The notes: generated by a model from the letters alone, not told the origin. Positions 39,801-54,032 are shown, counted from the first letter of the stretch. The stretch: 64,000 bases of DNA from Octopus vulgaris (GCA_951406725.2 CATOCA020000001.1:1116001-1180000), one strand, 5' to 3'. A program made the numbers and translations.

Positions 39801-41545
39801 GGTCTCTGGAACACGGCATTGCAAGAGGTCTCTGAATGCAGGACACCAGAAGTAATGCGCTGAATATTTTGTCTCGTCTTGCTATTCAGTAATGTGTCTG
39901 ACCCTCTTCATTTGTGGGACACATTTAAAGATAGTTTTTCCGAAGACTATCTCCGACGACTTCAAGCCGAAGATCCAACGGCTGGATTCGACTTCAATGA
40001 CGTCATCTACAACACAGCCCTCCTCGATTTGCAATCGCGACTGCAAGCTATGGGAGGAGTTGGAGTACTCAGATTTCAGTCTGCCGTCTCCGCGGGACAT
40101 TTCAAATGCTTTAGCTGCTGAGTACATGTGAGAGTTGAGCTACAACACGCAGGAAATGGTGGCGCAGGTTGCTCAGGATGTGCCTAGACTTTTGGAAGTA
40201 CAGAGAATTGAATACAACAGGTTCCTCGCAAGTATTAATTCCAACGAAAGACATTTTTTTTTTGGATGCTCCCGGCAGAACCGGAAAAAACGTTTCTCAT
40301 GAACCTCCCACTCGCCAATATTCTCCAGGAAAATGGGATTGCCATAGCGGTTGCATCCAGCGGCATCGCAGCAACTTTACTGCATGACGGTCGTACGGCA
40401 CACTCAGCATTCAAATTACCACTAGACTTGACCAAACAGGGAAATCCAACTTGCAATGTTAGTCGCGGCTCAGCCATGGGGAATCTTCTCACTGAGTGCA
40501 GCCTTATCATTTGGGATGAGGAAGCCATGTGTTATAAGGCAGCATTTGAGGCGCTCGAGCGGTCTCTTCAAGTTCTGAGACGGAATATGAGAGTGGAGAG
40601 TGGAGTGATTGTTCTGCTTGCTGGCAACTTCCGACAAACTCTACCTGTCATTCCCTGGGGGAAAAGAGCTAACGAAGTAAATGCTTCCATAAAATCATCC
40701 TAGTTATGGCACCACAGCGAGAAACTTCACCTGACTACGAACATGAGAGTTCAAATGTTTGGCGACGAAAATGCGGCCACATTCTCGGCGCAGCTTCTCG
40801 ATGTTAGTAATGGAACTGTAGCTGGCGATACTGATGGTTTCATCCATTTACCATTTGGTAACATCGTGCCTACCAAAGATGATTTGATTTCTGCAGTTTT
40901 TCCTGACATTGCAAGCCAAAGCCTTCACACAACTTGCCTACAAGGAATAGCAATTTTGGCGCCTCACAATAAAACAGTCGACGCTATCAATAATAAACCT
41001 TTTGATCTGCTTCCTGGAGAAAAACTCTCCTTCAAGTCCATTGACACGCATGAAAACCTGGATGATATGACCGTTTTCGCAACAGCATTTCTTAATTCCC
41101 AAACGCCCACAGGACTTCAGCCTCTGGAACTCCATCTCAAGGATGGCGTGCCCATCATGCCGCTGCGGAATTTGGATGCTGAAATAATGTGTAACGGCAC
41201 GCGAATGATAATAAAATATATATACTCCCGAGTTCTGCAGGCAAACATCTTGAATGGACCAGCCACTGGTGAAGATGTTCTTATAACCCCAATATCCCTC
41301 ACTCCCTCCGGCACGATCTACAAATTTAAGCGGCTTCAATTTCCTATCAAACTCTACTTTGCTTTGAAAATATATAAGGTACAAGGTCAATCATTGCAAA
41401 TGGTTGGTTTAAATCTCACAGAACAAGTGTTCTCCCACGGTCAACTCACCGTTTGATGCTCCCATGTTGGCGGCACACGAAGTCTAGACATTTGTGCATC
41501 AGAAGGGAAAACGAGAAATGTGGCCTACAAAGAAGCGCTCCTCTG
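36809..41545 (+). pseudogene. Helitron Rep/Helicase (STPR repeats, HUH endonuclease, Pif1), many stops/frameshifts; intron 36890-36995
   Basis: EAREARL repeats, CRFCQAK..CCSGGKV, ITFTCN, EWQKRGLPHTHIL (HUH), IKYICK, DAPGRTGK, IIWDE, MCNGTR, FSHGQL. Confidence 0.92.
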
Positions 41546-42244
41546 AAAAGATGGCATTTCTTCACATCTTTCAAAACACCCCAGTCATCTGCCGCCTCAA
41601 AAGCTTCGTAGCCGCCGTTCCAGCCAATGTAACTCAATGACACACACCATCACTCACTCACACTATCTCTCTTTCTCATCCTCTTTCTCTCTCACATACA
41701 CATGCGCAAGTAAGCTCACACACAGACACACACACACACACATGTCCATTTCACATATCTTTCAATTTCCTGTCTCTGTAAAGAAAGTTTTTATGGATAC
41801 AACTGCTTAGAAAAATAGTGATTAATGTATAATTTCTTTCTATCTTCATAATTAAATAAATGTTTTAATGATTAGACAGTGGTCCAATGCAATAGCTCTC
41901 AGAAACAGACTACGTACAAATTCTTTCTTCACATCTCCTGAAGATGTTTTCTTACAGCGGGCTGGGTTGTGATGGAAAGAAGTGTTCATATAGCTGGAGG
42001 CTCCAATCGAAACAGGAGACCCGAAATGATAAGGTTGAGAAACGCTGTTATAGATTATGCCTAACCGAAAACGATCACACCCACATCATCCAAACAGACC
42101 GGGTGAAACCGGGCTTAGCTGCTAGTATACCTATATTTACATATGTACGTATATGCAAACTTCCTGTTAACAAATGTCGGGATGCGTGACGTTCAGTTAT
42201 TCCATAAATGTAAAATGTATTAAATACTACAAAACATACAAAAG

Positions 42245-42335
42245 AAACTTGCCCAAGGTGTCATGCAGTGGGACTTAACCTGGAATCATGTGGTTCGGTG
42301 GCATACTTCTTAGCGCACATCTACTCCTACGCCTA
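42245..42335 (-). mobile_element. tRNA SINE head
   Basis: Reverse complement of the 23751-type SINE 5' end. Confidence 0.75.
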
Positions 42336-42527
42336 CACACAGACGCACACACACACACACACGCACACACACAAAAACACACACACAGTCACATACACAC
42401 ACTCTCATACACACAGAAGAAAGCACTACAGACACACGCACACACACATATATGTACGTAACTATAGTTATGTGTTTATGTGGATAATTTGATGTGGATA
42501 ATATTAATACATACACGCATATATATC

Positions 42528-42587
<60 letters not shown>

Positions 42588-43157
42588 ATATATTTAGCCT
42601 CTTTAAAGTGATCATGGGCAATATTTTTGCTTCTTATACTGCTTCTTTCATGAACAGAGATTTTCTAACATTTTAGTGTCCTAGTCACACAATCAATGAC
42701 ACTATTTTCTATATATTGCAATCGAAGTAAATCCTGACATGCCTGGCCACGACTACCCACCTCTAAGGAGATCAAATACAGATCGAAACCTGTGGGCTAG
42801 AGTCTTTAAGCTAGTGAAGCAGGTGTTATCTCCCGATTGAACTAAATGTCGAGTGTGAGAAGCGAACTGAATAAATCGACTGATGTGTTCCTGTGGTTAA
42901 ATGGCAGTATAGTCGTATCGTAGACGACAGATAGATAGATAGATAAATAGAAAGAGAGAGAGAGAGAGATAATATAGATATAGATATATATTTACAAATA
43001 TATATATATATAAATACACAAATACAAGCAGATATATGTATATGAGATAGATGTATGCATGCATAAATATTTATTTAGTATCTCTAATGATTTTCTCTGC
43101 CTCCCAAACCGTTCGTTTTTTATACAATTCTACAATATAGAATTTCTTCAACTGCTA

Positions 43158-43202
<45 letters not shown>

Positions 43203-43203
43203 A

Positions 43204-43236
<33 letters not shown>

Positions 43237-43258
43237 TGAAATACTTACATAACTATAA

Positions 43259-43301
<43 letters not shown>

Positions 43302-43315
43302 CATATATATGCATG

Positions 43316-44055
43316 TACGAGGTCGTTTCGAGATTTCACGAACGCGTTCTATAGCACGCAAACGATTTTATGCGATGTGATAGCTAGCAGTGACCTTCAT
43401 GAGGCAGCCTTCTGAGTGACATCGCTGTATATACTTCGCAAGATGTGGAATTTGCATTTCGGTGATAATGTCATCTGCGATTCTTGTCATGAAGAGGAAA
43501 TTGGAAGAAATGAAGAAAGTGTAATTTTACGTTAAAATTGGGAAGTCTGCTACAGAGAGATTGAGCATGCTTTGGAAAACTTATGGCGGCGATACAGTGG
43601 GTCGTATGTAATGTTTCGACTGTATGGGCGCACGAAAAAATCACAGCTTAATCATCATTTTTTCCGACATCCTCGGTATTGTGCATTGGGAGCTTTTTCG
43701 GAAAGGACGTTCGGCGAAAATGACCGGTTCTGTGATTCGCGATGTATTGAATTTTTCACGACAACAATGCACCTATCACCTCACTCGTAAGTTTCTTGCC
43801 AAAAGCAACATGCTATCGCTTCTGCACCTACCCTATTCGCCAGATTTACCACCTGCTGACTTGCATGTGTTCCTCAAGATGAAAAATCAGCTCAGAGGTC
43901 GAGATCAAGAGCGAATTTAACACCTTCATCGAGTTCAAGAGGTCCTCGACTCGCCTATGGAAAACTACGTCCAGGTCGTAGATTCCAAAAGTGTCAGAAA
44001 AGCCGGGGCAGTTGTATTATTGCTCAGGTAACATGAGTTACTTTTATCAAACATA
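43316..44055 (+). mobile_element. Mariner (Tc1/mariner) transposon remnant
   Basis: KIGKSATE..TYG helix-turn-helix region, HDN and PYSPDLPPAD motifs; starts TA-cgagg. Confidence 0.85.
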
Positions 44056-44519
44056 GCTCGTTCAGGAACTTTATATATACGACGGGTTTCCTTCAGTTAC
44101 CGTGTACCCAATTAACTAACATACACGGGTTTGTTCGGTTGGAGACCAGAGTACACGCAGAAGGACTAGATACACAAGCAAATTCTTATCACACATCCAT
44201 GCCAACGCCTAAGCGTATGCACACACACTCTCACACACACACACAGACACACACTCACTCACACACAAACACACACACACTCACTCACACACACAATACA
44301 CACACTCACGTTTGACGGAAATGGAAAATGGATTTTACGAGATTCGTTAATCATTACTGCCGTTTCAACCCGTCTGCAATCGGCCCCTCACGGATGAGAT
44401 AATGGTCGATTGGCCGCGGTGCATCTTTCTTTGCAGATGTTTCTCATCAGTTGACATTTCAAAAAGTACTCTGCTCAATAAACTCGGTTTCACTTGGTTC
44501 GATTATAATGTATTTCGTT

Positions 44520-44595
<76 letters not shown>

Positions 44596-44622
44596 TATGA
44601 AAATAATAATAATAATAATATA

Positions 44623-47600
44623 AAGGAGGAGGAGGAGAACACCGGTGACGTTTAACATGTGAGAACGATAAAACAGGGCTCCGAAATCTATCCACAAACA
44701 TCGAAAACAAAGACATCGTATGGAGCCAAAAATTAACTGACCAAGGACTATATCCGAGTAAGTAATACTCATTGAAATTTATTACTATTTTCCAAACGAA
44801 ATTACGTATTTTAACTCGATATCATCTCCACCTCTAACACAACACATGTAAACATGCTCGATACATTACGGTCGATCAACACCAGATCATCTCCGGCCCC
44901 AAACACCATGTACAAAAAGCTACGAAGAAATTAAATAACACCGATATTATTCAACCCAAGAATAACAATCGGGAAGTACGTACTTTAAACTTACAACATA
45001 AAATGTACGAAAGACTACACGTGCAAAACAATGTGACGACATAAATGAACGGACCGGTACCCTACGAAAATGACGACCGTCAAAATATTAGGCCGGACGT
45101 TGTTACTTATGTCCCGCAAATAAAACCCAAAAGACATAAATGGACATTTGAGGAATACATTTCTATCCTACACGCTCCGTTTACAGCAGTGCTCTACCCA
45201 GAGAATGAAAACACAACAACACATACATATAAAATATGGAAGAAAAATAACATAAATATAGACTTGGATACAGCAATGAACCCTAATAAACTAGCTAACG
45301 TACAAAGATATATTCTCAACGCAAAATAAAATATAAGAAATAGAAATAGAACATTTAAAAGAAAAAATACATCAGTAAAATGTAGATAGAAGCCACACAA
45401 CAATGCCCAATAATATAAACACTGAAACAGTAAAACACGAAGACAAACGTAACATTTCCAACAAAAAACGATGTAAACAAAAAAACAACAAACCCAGACC
45501 GTAAGGATGCATAATAATACACGACAAACAGCAAGCCAAAACACAACAGACAAACATACGAACGTGAAAAAAAGCGACACAAATGTAAAACCTGGAAACA
45601 ACGAAGGGGAGCCTAATGATTATGATACTATAAAAAGTAGAATAATCAAAGAACTGAAAAACACAGATCTCAAGATGGACCACCGACCATACCTCCCAAA
45701 AATCAAAATAGACAAAACAACAACATCAATTATAAACAGCATAAACCTAGCCATCACAGAACTAATAGCCACTGAAACAAGTAGCGATATCACTGAGCTA
45801 AATGACTTAGTATATGCAGCAGCCACTGCAGCCACAAAAGAAGCTGGATACTCCCTCAAACCCATCCAAACAGGAGTACCACCACCCAAACAAACCCTGT
45901 GGATAAATAACATCCAAAAGAAAATACAAAAAATGAGAACAGATCTGTCGGTTCTTAATGAAATCAGCAAACAGTCAACGCTACTGAGCAACAAAAAGAA
46001 AACAAAAATACTGAGCAAATACAACATCATAGAAAAAGATTTACCTGAGATAAAAGAAAAACTAAAGCAAGATATCCTTGCCAAAGCACAAAGGACCCGC
46101 CGGTATGAGAAACGCCAACGTTTCTTTGAACAAAACAAAGAGTTCAACTCCAACCCCAAAAAGTTCTACCAAGAACTTGGCGAAATTAAAATAGACATCA
46201 CTGCAGCGCCAACGGCAGAAGTAGTGGAATAATTCTGGAAAGGAATATGGTCGGCGAATGAACAACCAAAAAAAACAAGGAGTATTAAAACAACAAACAT
46301 AGTATCTGAGCAACTTTGGACCCCCAAAACAACTGAAGATTCACCCAGGCACTGCAAAGAATATGCAACTGGAAGGCACCTGGGCATGACAAGATCCCCA
46401 ACTTCTGGTTGAAATATCTACCAGGAACATACAAAACGCTGGCTGAAATCTCTAACAACATACTGGCAGAGCCAGAGACAATGCCTGAATGGCTCACGAA
46501 GGGGAAAACCATCTTAATTCCCAAATCCAATGAGACAGCAAAACCAGAAAACTACAGACCTATAACATATCTCCCTACAATTTACAAAGCATTTACTGCA
46601 GTAATATCAGAGATTAAACAAGCACCTGGACGAAAACAACCTGTTTCCAGAAGAGCGGAAAGGATGCTGCAAAGGCTCATACTGCTGTAAAGATAAACTA
46701 ATGATCAATAAAGTCATAACTGAAGACAGCCACAGAAAGAAGAAAGACCTCAGTATCTCATGGATCGACTACAGAAAGGCGTTTGATAGCATCCCCCACA
46801 CATGGATCCTCGAAACACTAGCCATTAACAAAGTAGCACCAACAATTATAAAATTCATAGAACACTCTATGAATAAATGGCAAACAGTGCTACAGCTCCA
46901 AACAAAAGAGGGACTCATGAAAACCAAAGCCATCCCCATTAGGATAGGAATATTCCAAGGAAACACGCTCTCTCCACTCCTTTTCTGCTTAGCACTGTCA
47001 CCTCTATCTGATATGCTAAAAAGAACTGGATGCAGATATAAATGTTACAGCAAAACGATCAGCCACCTTTTATATATGGATGAGCTAAAACTATACGCTG
47101 CAAATGACAAACAGCTGGAAACACTATAAAAGACAGTTCATGGATTTACCAAGGAAATAGATCTGAAATTTGAATTAGAAAAATGCACCAAAGTAACCCT
47201 GAAAAGAGGAAAACTAGTTAAGAGTAGCAACATCACACTAGATAAAACCAATGAAATGAAAGAATTAGACCAAAGCCAAACTTACAAATACTTAGGAATC
47301 CATGAACTAGATAAGACACAACACACACAAATGAAAGAGAAAATAAAAAAAAGAATATTATAGACGAGTTAGATCAATACTAAAAACAGAGCTCAATGCT
47401 AAAAACAAGATAATAGGCATTAACACTTTAGCCGTTCCAGTTGTAAGTTACAGCTACAGCATCCTTAACTGGACACTAAATGAACTGACCAAAATAGATA
47501 GGAAAACAAGAAAAATAATGACAGGATCTAGGATGCATCATCCAAAATCTGACATAGAAAGACTATATATACAACGTATAAAAGGTGGTAGAGGCCTTAT

Positions 47601-48654
47601 ACAACTGGAAAACTACTATAAAATAACCACCATAGGACTGCAAAAATATCTACTTCAGAAGGAAGGAAATCTGATACAAATAGCGGCAAAACACGAGCAA
47701 AACAAAAAACAGTTCTCAGTATCTAAGGAAGCTGACAAATACAAACAAGAAATCATACCACCTAATAAATATGAAGAAGAAGAAGAAGAAGAAGAAGAAG
47801 AAGAAGAAGAAGAAGAAGAAGAAGAAGAAGAAGAAGAAACAATAAAAAGCTATAAAACAAATGAAATCCAAATTAAAAATAGAACAGCAACGAACCATGT
47901 TAAAACGATGGCAAGAAAAGCCCCTTCATGGTAAATACTGCACTAAACTAAATGCAAAAGAAATAGACAAAGAAAAATCCCAGCAATGGTTGAGAAATAT
48001 TACAAGTAACTGCAGAATATGTGGAGATGGACAAGAAACAATAAATCATATTATCTCTGGCTGTCCAGTCCTGGCTAAGAAGGAATATATTCAGAGACAC
48101 GATAGAGTTGGGACCTACATACACTGGAAGCTATGCCAACATTATGGAATAACAACAGAAAAAGATGGCTTAAGCACACACCAGAAAAGGGCACAGAAAA
48201 CGAGAAAGCAACCATAATCTGGGATATGCCGATAAACACAGATGGAGAAATTAAGGCCAACAGACCAGATATAGTTGTCAGAGATCATGAGGGAAAAATG
48301 CTTTCTAATTGATGTATCAGCAGATGACAACGTGTATCTAAAAGAAATGGAGAAACTTCCAAAATAGAAATAGAGGTAACCAGAATGTGGAATCTAAAAA
48401 CAGAAACAATTCCTATCATAGTAGGTGCTTTAGGCATGATAAAAAATATTCAGACAAATACATAACAAAAACACCAGGACTTACAAACACATATAACATA
48501 CAGAAAATTGCACTACTAGGCACTGCAAACATCCTACGCAGAACACTTTCCATACAATAACCATCAAAGCATCACAACAAATCACAGCACACACCCAAGG
48601 CACACAGAGCTGCGCTCGGTAGGGAAGTGAAAGCACGATATAAAAATAAAACTA

Positions 48655-48660
<6 letters not shown>
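44623..48660 (+). mobile_element. Dong/R4-clade RLE non-LTR retrotransposon in (TAA)n, degenerate
   Basis: WKAPGHDKIPNFWLK, NYRPIT, WIDYRKAFDSIPH, GIFQGNTLSPLLF, SHLLYMDELKLYA, CRICGDGQETINHIISGC, RHD, RPDIV. Flanked by (AAT)n on both sides. Confidence 0.9.
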
Positions 48661-48707
<47 letters not shown>

Positions 48708-48733
48708 TAATAATAATAGTAATAATAATAATA

Positions 48734-48807
<74 letters not shown>

Positions 48808-49032
48808 CATAATTATAATAATATGAAGAAGAAGACGAAGTAAAACAACAACAACAACAACAATAACAACGAAGAAGTCGGTGATGAATAAAAAGTAATA
48901 TAAGTAGCAAGAAAACAGAAAAGATGGACAAGCAAAACAATAACAAGAAAATTGGGAATGAGGATAGAAATGATAATAAAAATATATCAACATAAGTAAA
49001 ATTATCAGACATACACACAGACACAAACGTAC

Positions 49033-49162
49033 GAGGGACACACCAAACGTTGTTTTATGTTGTGGACGAGTAGCTACATTAACATCCTTCCTAAAGAAAT
49101 TGAAACGGAATATGCAGCCATCACACTGGACAGTTTGACCAAATTGCCCCAGCTGTAGCTCA
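49033..49162 (-). CDS. Possible 130-nt exon, paralog of 12743-12872
   Basis: Acceptor ttttctatttgtacag, donor gtacgt, open frame ELQLGQFGQTVQCDGCIFRFNFFRKD... Confidence 0.3.
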
Positions 49163-49581
49163 CTGTACAAATAGAAAATGACGACTACCAACTTCAGCAC
49201 GTCATGTAATTGTAGAGTTTAAAATAACTCATTATTGAATCAGTATCTCAAAAGAGTGAGGGTGAATATATTTCTATACTTGCTTCTCTTGAAGTGAGTA
49301 TAACTCTGCATAAATATGTATTTCATAATATACCCACCTATAGACACAAATGCAAACATAGATATTCACGTGCAATCGTACACTCATACACAAAAGGTTA
49401 GACAAATATGGAGACACATAGAGTCACAAACATTTCATAGACATCTTCATACACACACTTACATGAAAATAGTAGCAGAACATTAGTTAGAGATAGAGAG
49501 AGGAAAAGGAAGATCAGAAGACATCAAGTTCCTAGAAAAAAATCATAAATAAAATAATATCAAAAAAATTAACCAACTTAC

Positions 49582-49653
49582 ATTTTCTGTAAACTTTGAA
49601 GGTTTTGAAAGGATCCTTGTGGGATGGTTGTGATCTGATTCTGATGGAGATAT
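49582..49653 (-). CDS. LRR protein exon (72 nt, phase 2-2): YLHQNQITTIPQGSFQNLQSLQKI
   Basis: Acceptor gttttatgtttcag, donor gtaagt, 72 nt, canonical typical-class LRR. Confidence 0.87.
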
Positions 49654-50242
49654 CTGAAACATAAAACACAGTCCAAAAGAAAGAGTATTAAAAAGAATTC
49701 TTATAAAATATTAATTCTTGTATCTTTAGAATCATATTAATAAAAAGAGGACGGTGAAGGAGAGAATGGCCGAAATGATGTTGATGATGATGATGAGGAG
49801 GAGGAGGATTGCAATGTTGATTGTAAATGTTGTAATAATGACGGTGAGAAGGAAAAATGATGATGATTATTATCGAAAACGATGACAAACGCTACCGATT
49901 AATTGGTGATGAAGACGTTGATTATTATGATGTTCATAACGAAGGTGATGGTGATTCTGCATGCTAGAAATAGCAGAGTAAATGGGGGAAGGAAATAGTT
50001 ATGATGACATGATAAATTATAACGATTAGTGAATACGAAAATATGATTAGCAGAAGGACTATGAATATGATAGCCCTGAAGATGATACTGATGATGATGA
50101 TGATGATGATGATGATGACGGCGATGATGATGATGACAATGATGACGATGATGATGATGAAAGATGTGATGAAAAATCAGAAATTAATGAGAATAACGAA
50201 GGTGAAGGAAAATAAATCATAGAATTATAGATATAGAAAAAT

Positions 50243-50944
50243 AGAAGAAGACGAAGAAGAAAAAGAAGAAGAAGAAGAAGAAGAAGGAGAAGAAGAAGAA
50301 GCAGAAGAAGAAGAAGAAGAAGAAGAAGAAGAAGAAGAAGAAGAAGAAAAAGAAGAAGAAGAAGAAGAAGAAGAAGAAAAAGAAGAAGAAGAAGAAGAAG
50401 ACGAATAAGAAAAAGAAGAAGACGAAGAAGAAAGAAGAAGAAAGAAGAAGAAGAAGAAGAAGAAGAAGAAGAAAGAAGAAGAAGAAGAAGAAGAAGAAGA
50501 AGAAGAAAAAGAAGAAGAAGAAGAAGAAGACGAAGAAAAAGAAGAAGACGAAGAAGAAAGAAGAAGAAGAAGAAGAAGAAGAAGAAGAAGAAAGAAGAAG
50601 AAGAAGAAGAAGAAAAGAAGAAAGAAGAAGAAGAAGAAGAAGAAGAGAAAAAAAGAAGAAGAAGAAGAAGAAGAAGAAGAAGAAGAAGAAAAAGAAGTAG
50701 AAGAAGAAGAAGAAGAAAAAGAAGAAGAAGAAGGAGAAGAAAAAGAAGAAGAAGAAGAAGAAGAAGAAGAAGAAGAAGAAGAAGAAGAAGAAGAAGAAGA
50801 AGAAGAAGAAGAAGAAGAAGAAGAAGAAGACGAAGAAGAAAGAAGAAGACGAAGAAGAAGAAGAAGAAGAAGAAGAAGAAGAAGAAGAAGAAGAAGAAGA
50901 AGAAGAAGAAGAAGAAGAAGAAGAAGAAAAAGAAGAAGAAGAAG
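50243..50944. repeat. ~700-bp interrupted (GAA)n tract
   Basis: Direct observation. Confidence 0.97.
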
Positions 50945-51170
50945 CAAAAATGATTCATGTAGAGAGGAGAAAGCAGTTGAAAAACTTAAAAGCAGAAGAA
51001 CCAGAAAATGATGAACAAGATGAATGTAGAGAAAAATTGTGAAGAAGACGATAAATGCAGGAAAAGAAGATATATTAAGACAAGAAAAATAACGTGGAAT
51101 ATCAGAATGGGGAAACAAGTGGGAATAAAAGAATATTAATACAAATACTATAGTCACACATCAAACAAGC

Positions 51171-51251
<81 letters not shown>

Positions 51252-51336
51252 TGTGTGTGTGTTTGTGTGTATACACGTTTATGTATTTGTTTTGCAAGAA
51301 TTTTGATGTGAAATCGTGTGTTGAAACAGATATTTG

Positions 51337-51804
51337 TTGTATTTAGGAATGGTCAGTTTGCCAGTTTAGCCAATAAAAAACACACGCACTATATATTTGG
51401 TGTTACTTTGCTTCAGCGTTATTTATTTTTTACATCAATCTTACTCTTATTTCGGCCAGAGATATTTCGTCACGCTCCTGTGACCTCGTCAGTGGTTCCT
51501 TGCTTTCTTCATTTATATTTGTGTGTCTCTTCTTACTAACGGTCAGCCATTTTGTATTTTGTATTTCTATTGTATATGTCTTCATTTGCGTCTGTGTATA
51601 CCTCAATATGTGTCTATATTTAATTAAAGTGTGTGTGTCTGTGGGAGGGAGTGCCTGTAATATTTGTATCTCCTGTTTATATACGTTCGAAAGAAGATTA
51701 AGATTAATGTTAAAAATAAATAAAGATGAATCAAAGTAACACCAAATATATAGTGCGTGAGTTTTTATTGGCTAAACTGGCAAAATGACCATTCCTAAAT
51801 ACAA
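51337..51804 (-). mobile_element. PLE-type element with ~73-bp inverted repeats and an HHR at 51456-51495
   Basis: 51337-51410 is inverted at 51732-51804. Minus strand reads cca-CTGACGA-g-gtcac-aggagc-gtgac-GAAA-tatc-TC-tgg. Confidence 0.7.
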
Positions 51805-51820
51805 GTATATATATATATAA

Positions 51821-51854
<34 letters not shown>

Positions 51855-52232
51855 TTGTGTGTGTGTGTCTGTGTACATACACACATCCACCTATATATAC
51901 CTTATCAAACCCTGATGTATAAACGCACACACTCACTTCCAGGCCACACATATATTCCCACTTTCTTACACACAGGCAAACACAAATTGCAAGACAATAT
52001 GAATTGTAGAAGGATGAGGGTAAATAAAGAAGATAAGAGAGACATTTAGTTTGTGGGAATGACATTGGATGACATATCGAGATCTTATTATGAAGAAGAT
52101 GACTAACATAAGAGAAAGTTGATGATGAAGAATAGGCCGAAGAAGAAAACAACGATGAAGCAGCAGCAGCAGCAGTAGTTGTGTTAGTAGTAGTAGTATT
52201 AGTATTATTATTATTATTATTATTATAATTAA

Positions 52233-52348
<116 letters not shown>

Positions 52349-53011
52349 GTAGTAGTAGTAGTAGTAGTAGAAGAAGAAGAAGAAGAAGAATATGTTAATT
52401 AGTCCATCGGTAAAGCTTTCTCGTGATTAGAGAAAAAAGAGGGTGTACGAAAAAGAGCGAAAGAGTAATGTCTATGACCTGAGGTAGAAAGAACGTGACT
52501 GTAATGCTTTCACGTGATTAGTTGAATGGAATGAGAGACCGAGAGAAAGAAAAAGGAATGAGAAAACGAAAGTAAGTCGAAAAGTGGAGCAGAAAGAGAG
52601 GGAGAGGGAGAGGGAGAAAAGGGGAGAGAAAAAAGACCGGGGGTGAAAAAGTGGGATAGGACATGTGGTAGGGGGAACGTAATATTTATTACGTGATGAA
52701 AAAGTTAGTTGAAGGTAGTGATACTGAGGAGGGTTACGAATATAATTTTAGCAGAGCGGTGATGTTCTGATGGTGAGATTAAAGGAAGGCAGATACGTAG
52801 AAAAAAAGATAGATAGATAAACTGAGAAAATGAGAGAAAGGGGAGTGAGTGACAGTGGTAGTGTTTGTGGTGGAAGTGGTAATTGTAAGTGCATAATGCA
52901 AAGTAACTTTTCAATTGAACAAATTATTTTATACCACCTTTCACTTAACGCATGCTCATAACTGCAATTCTGTTAAATATTCACACTTATTTACAGTGTC
53001 ATATTTTAGGT

Positions 53012-53070
<59 letters not shown>

Positions 53071-53288
53071 ATGAAGTCTTTTACTCTACAGCAAAGGAAT
53101 TCATCAGGAAGCGTGGGCAGTATATTTAAAAAAACCGTTACGGTTGCAATATACATCATATAATTAAGGGCTAAAGAGGGTTATTCTAAAGCCAAATACA
53201 CTGTTTTATCCACTTATAATCCGCTTGTTACAGGAAAATTGAAACTGAAAACGGGCAACTAACCTTTAGAAAATTTAAATTTCGTTAT

Positions 53289-53352
53289 CTCTATATTGAA
53301 TCAATTTCGGACTTAATCTTATAAAAAAAGATATATTCCTTCTTCAGTAGAA
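53289..53352 (-). ncRNA. Type I hammerhead ribozyme (inverted copy)
   Basis: Reverse complement of 53469-53534 apart from T-run length. Confidence 0.8.
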
Positions 53353-53468
53353 CTTTCGATGGGATATAAATAAAATACTCACGCATGATCATGGAAAAAG
53401 CACAAGCTAAAAACATAACTACACTTGAGTACATCACTTATATCTAAAAATAAAAATTCTACTGAAAG

Positions 53469-53534
53469 TTCTACTGAAGAAGGAATATATCTTTTTTTTT
53501 ATAAGATTAAGTCCGAAATTGATTCAATATAGAG
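53469..53534 (+). ncRNA. Type I hammerhead ribozyme
   Basis: ttcta-CTGAAGA-agga..atctt(T)n..aagat..tcc-GAAA-ttga-t-tcaa-TA-tagag. Confidence 0.82.
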
Positions 53535-53967
53535 ATAACGAAATTTAAATTTTCTAAAGGTTAGTTGCCCGTTTTCAGTTTCAATTTTCCTGTAACAAGC
53601 GGATTATAAGTGGATAAAACAGTGTATTTGGCTTTAGAATAACCCTCTTTAGCCCTTAATTATATGATGTATATTGCAACCGTAACGGTTTTTTTTTAAA
53701 TATACTGCCCACGCTTCCTGATGAATTCCTTTGCTGTAGAGTAAGGGACTTCATCCTATATTGCTTAGTAGTAAACTCGATGCTTGCTACAGGAGGACTG
53801 GTAACCATTACAATTTGTAGCGGCGAAAGGTCTAGACGTTGTTTTCTGAGGCTGACCAAAGAATTTTTATTTTTAGATATAAGTGATGTACTCAAGTGTA
53901 GTTATGTTTTTAGCTTGTGCTTTTTCCATGACCATGCGTGAGTATTTTATTTATATTCCATCGAAAG

Positions 53968-54032
53968 TTCTACTGAAGAAGGAATATATCTTTTTTTTAT
54001 AAGATTAAGTCCGAAATTGATTCAATATAGAG
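53968..54032 (+). ncRNA. Type I hammerhead ribozyme (tandem copy)
   Basis: Identical core 499 nt downstream of the first. Confidence 0.82.

Larger units (their letters stand above)
31825..42125 (+). mobile_element. Large Helitron (degenerate Rep/Hel), host of a nested Helitron
   Basis: 3' hairpin ccgggtgaaaccggg plus CTAG|T at 42122-42126. The 5' end next to (TA)n is approximate. Confidence 0.8.

Noticed and set aside
50059-51157. 300-aa poly-L/F/S ORFs
   Set aside because: Antisense reading of the (GAA)n tract.
53715-53760. Extra CTGATGA in the 499-nt unit
   Set aside because: No downstream GAAA; it folds as a simple hairpin (gatgaa/ttcatc).
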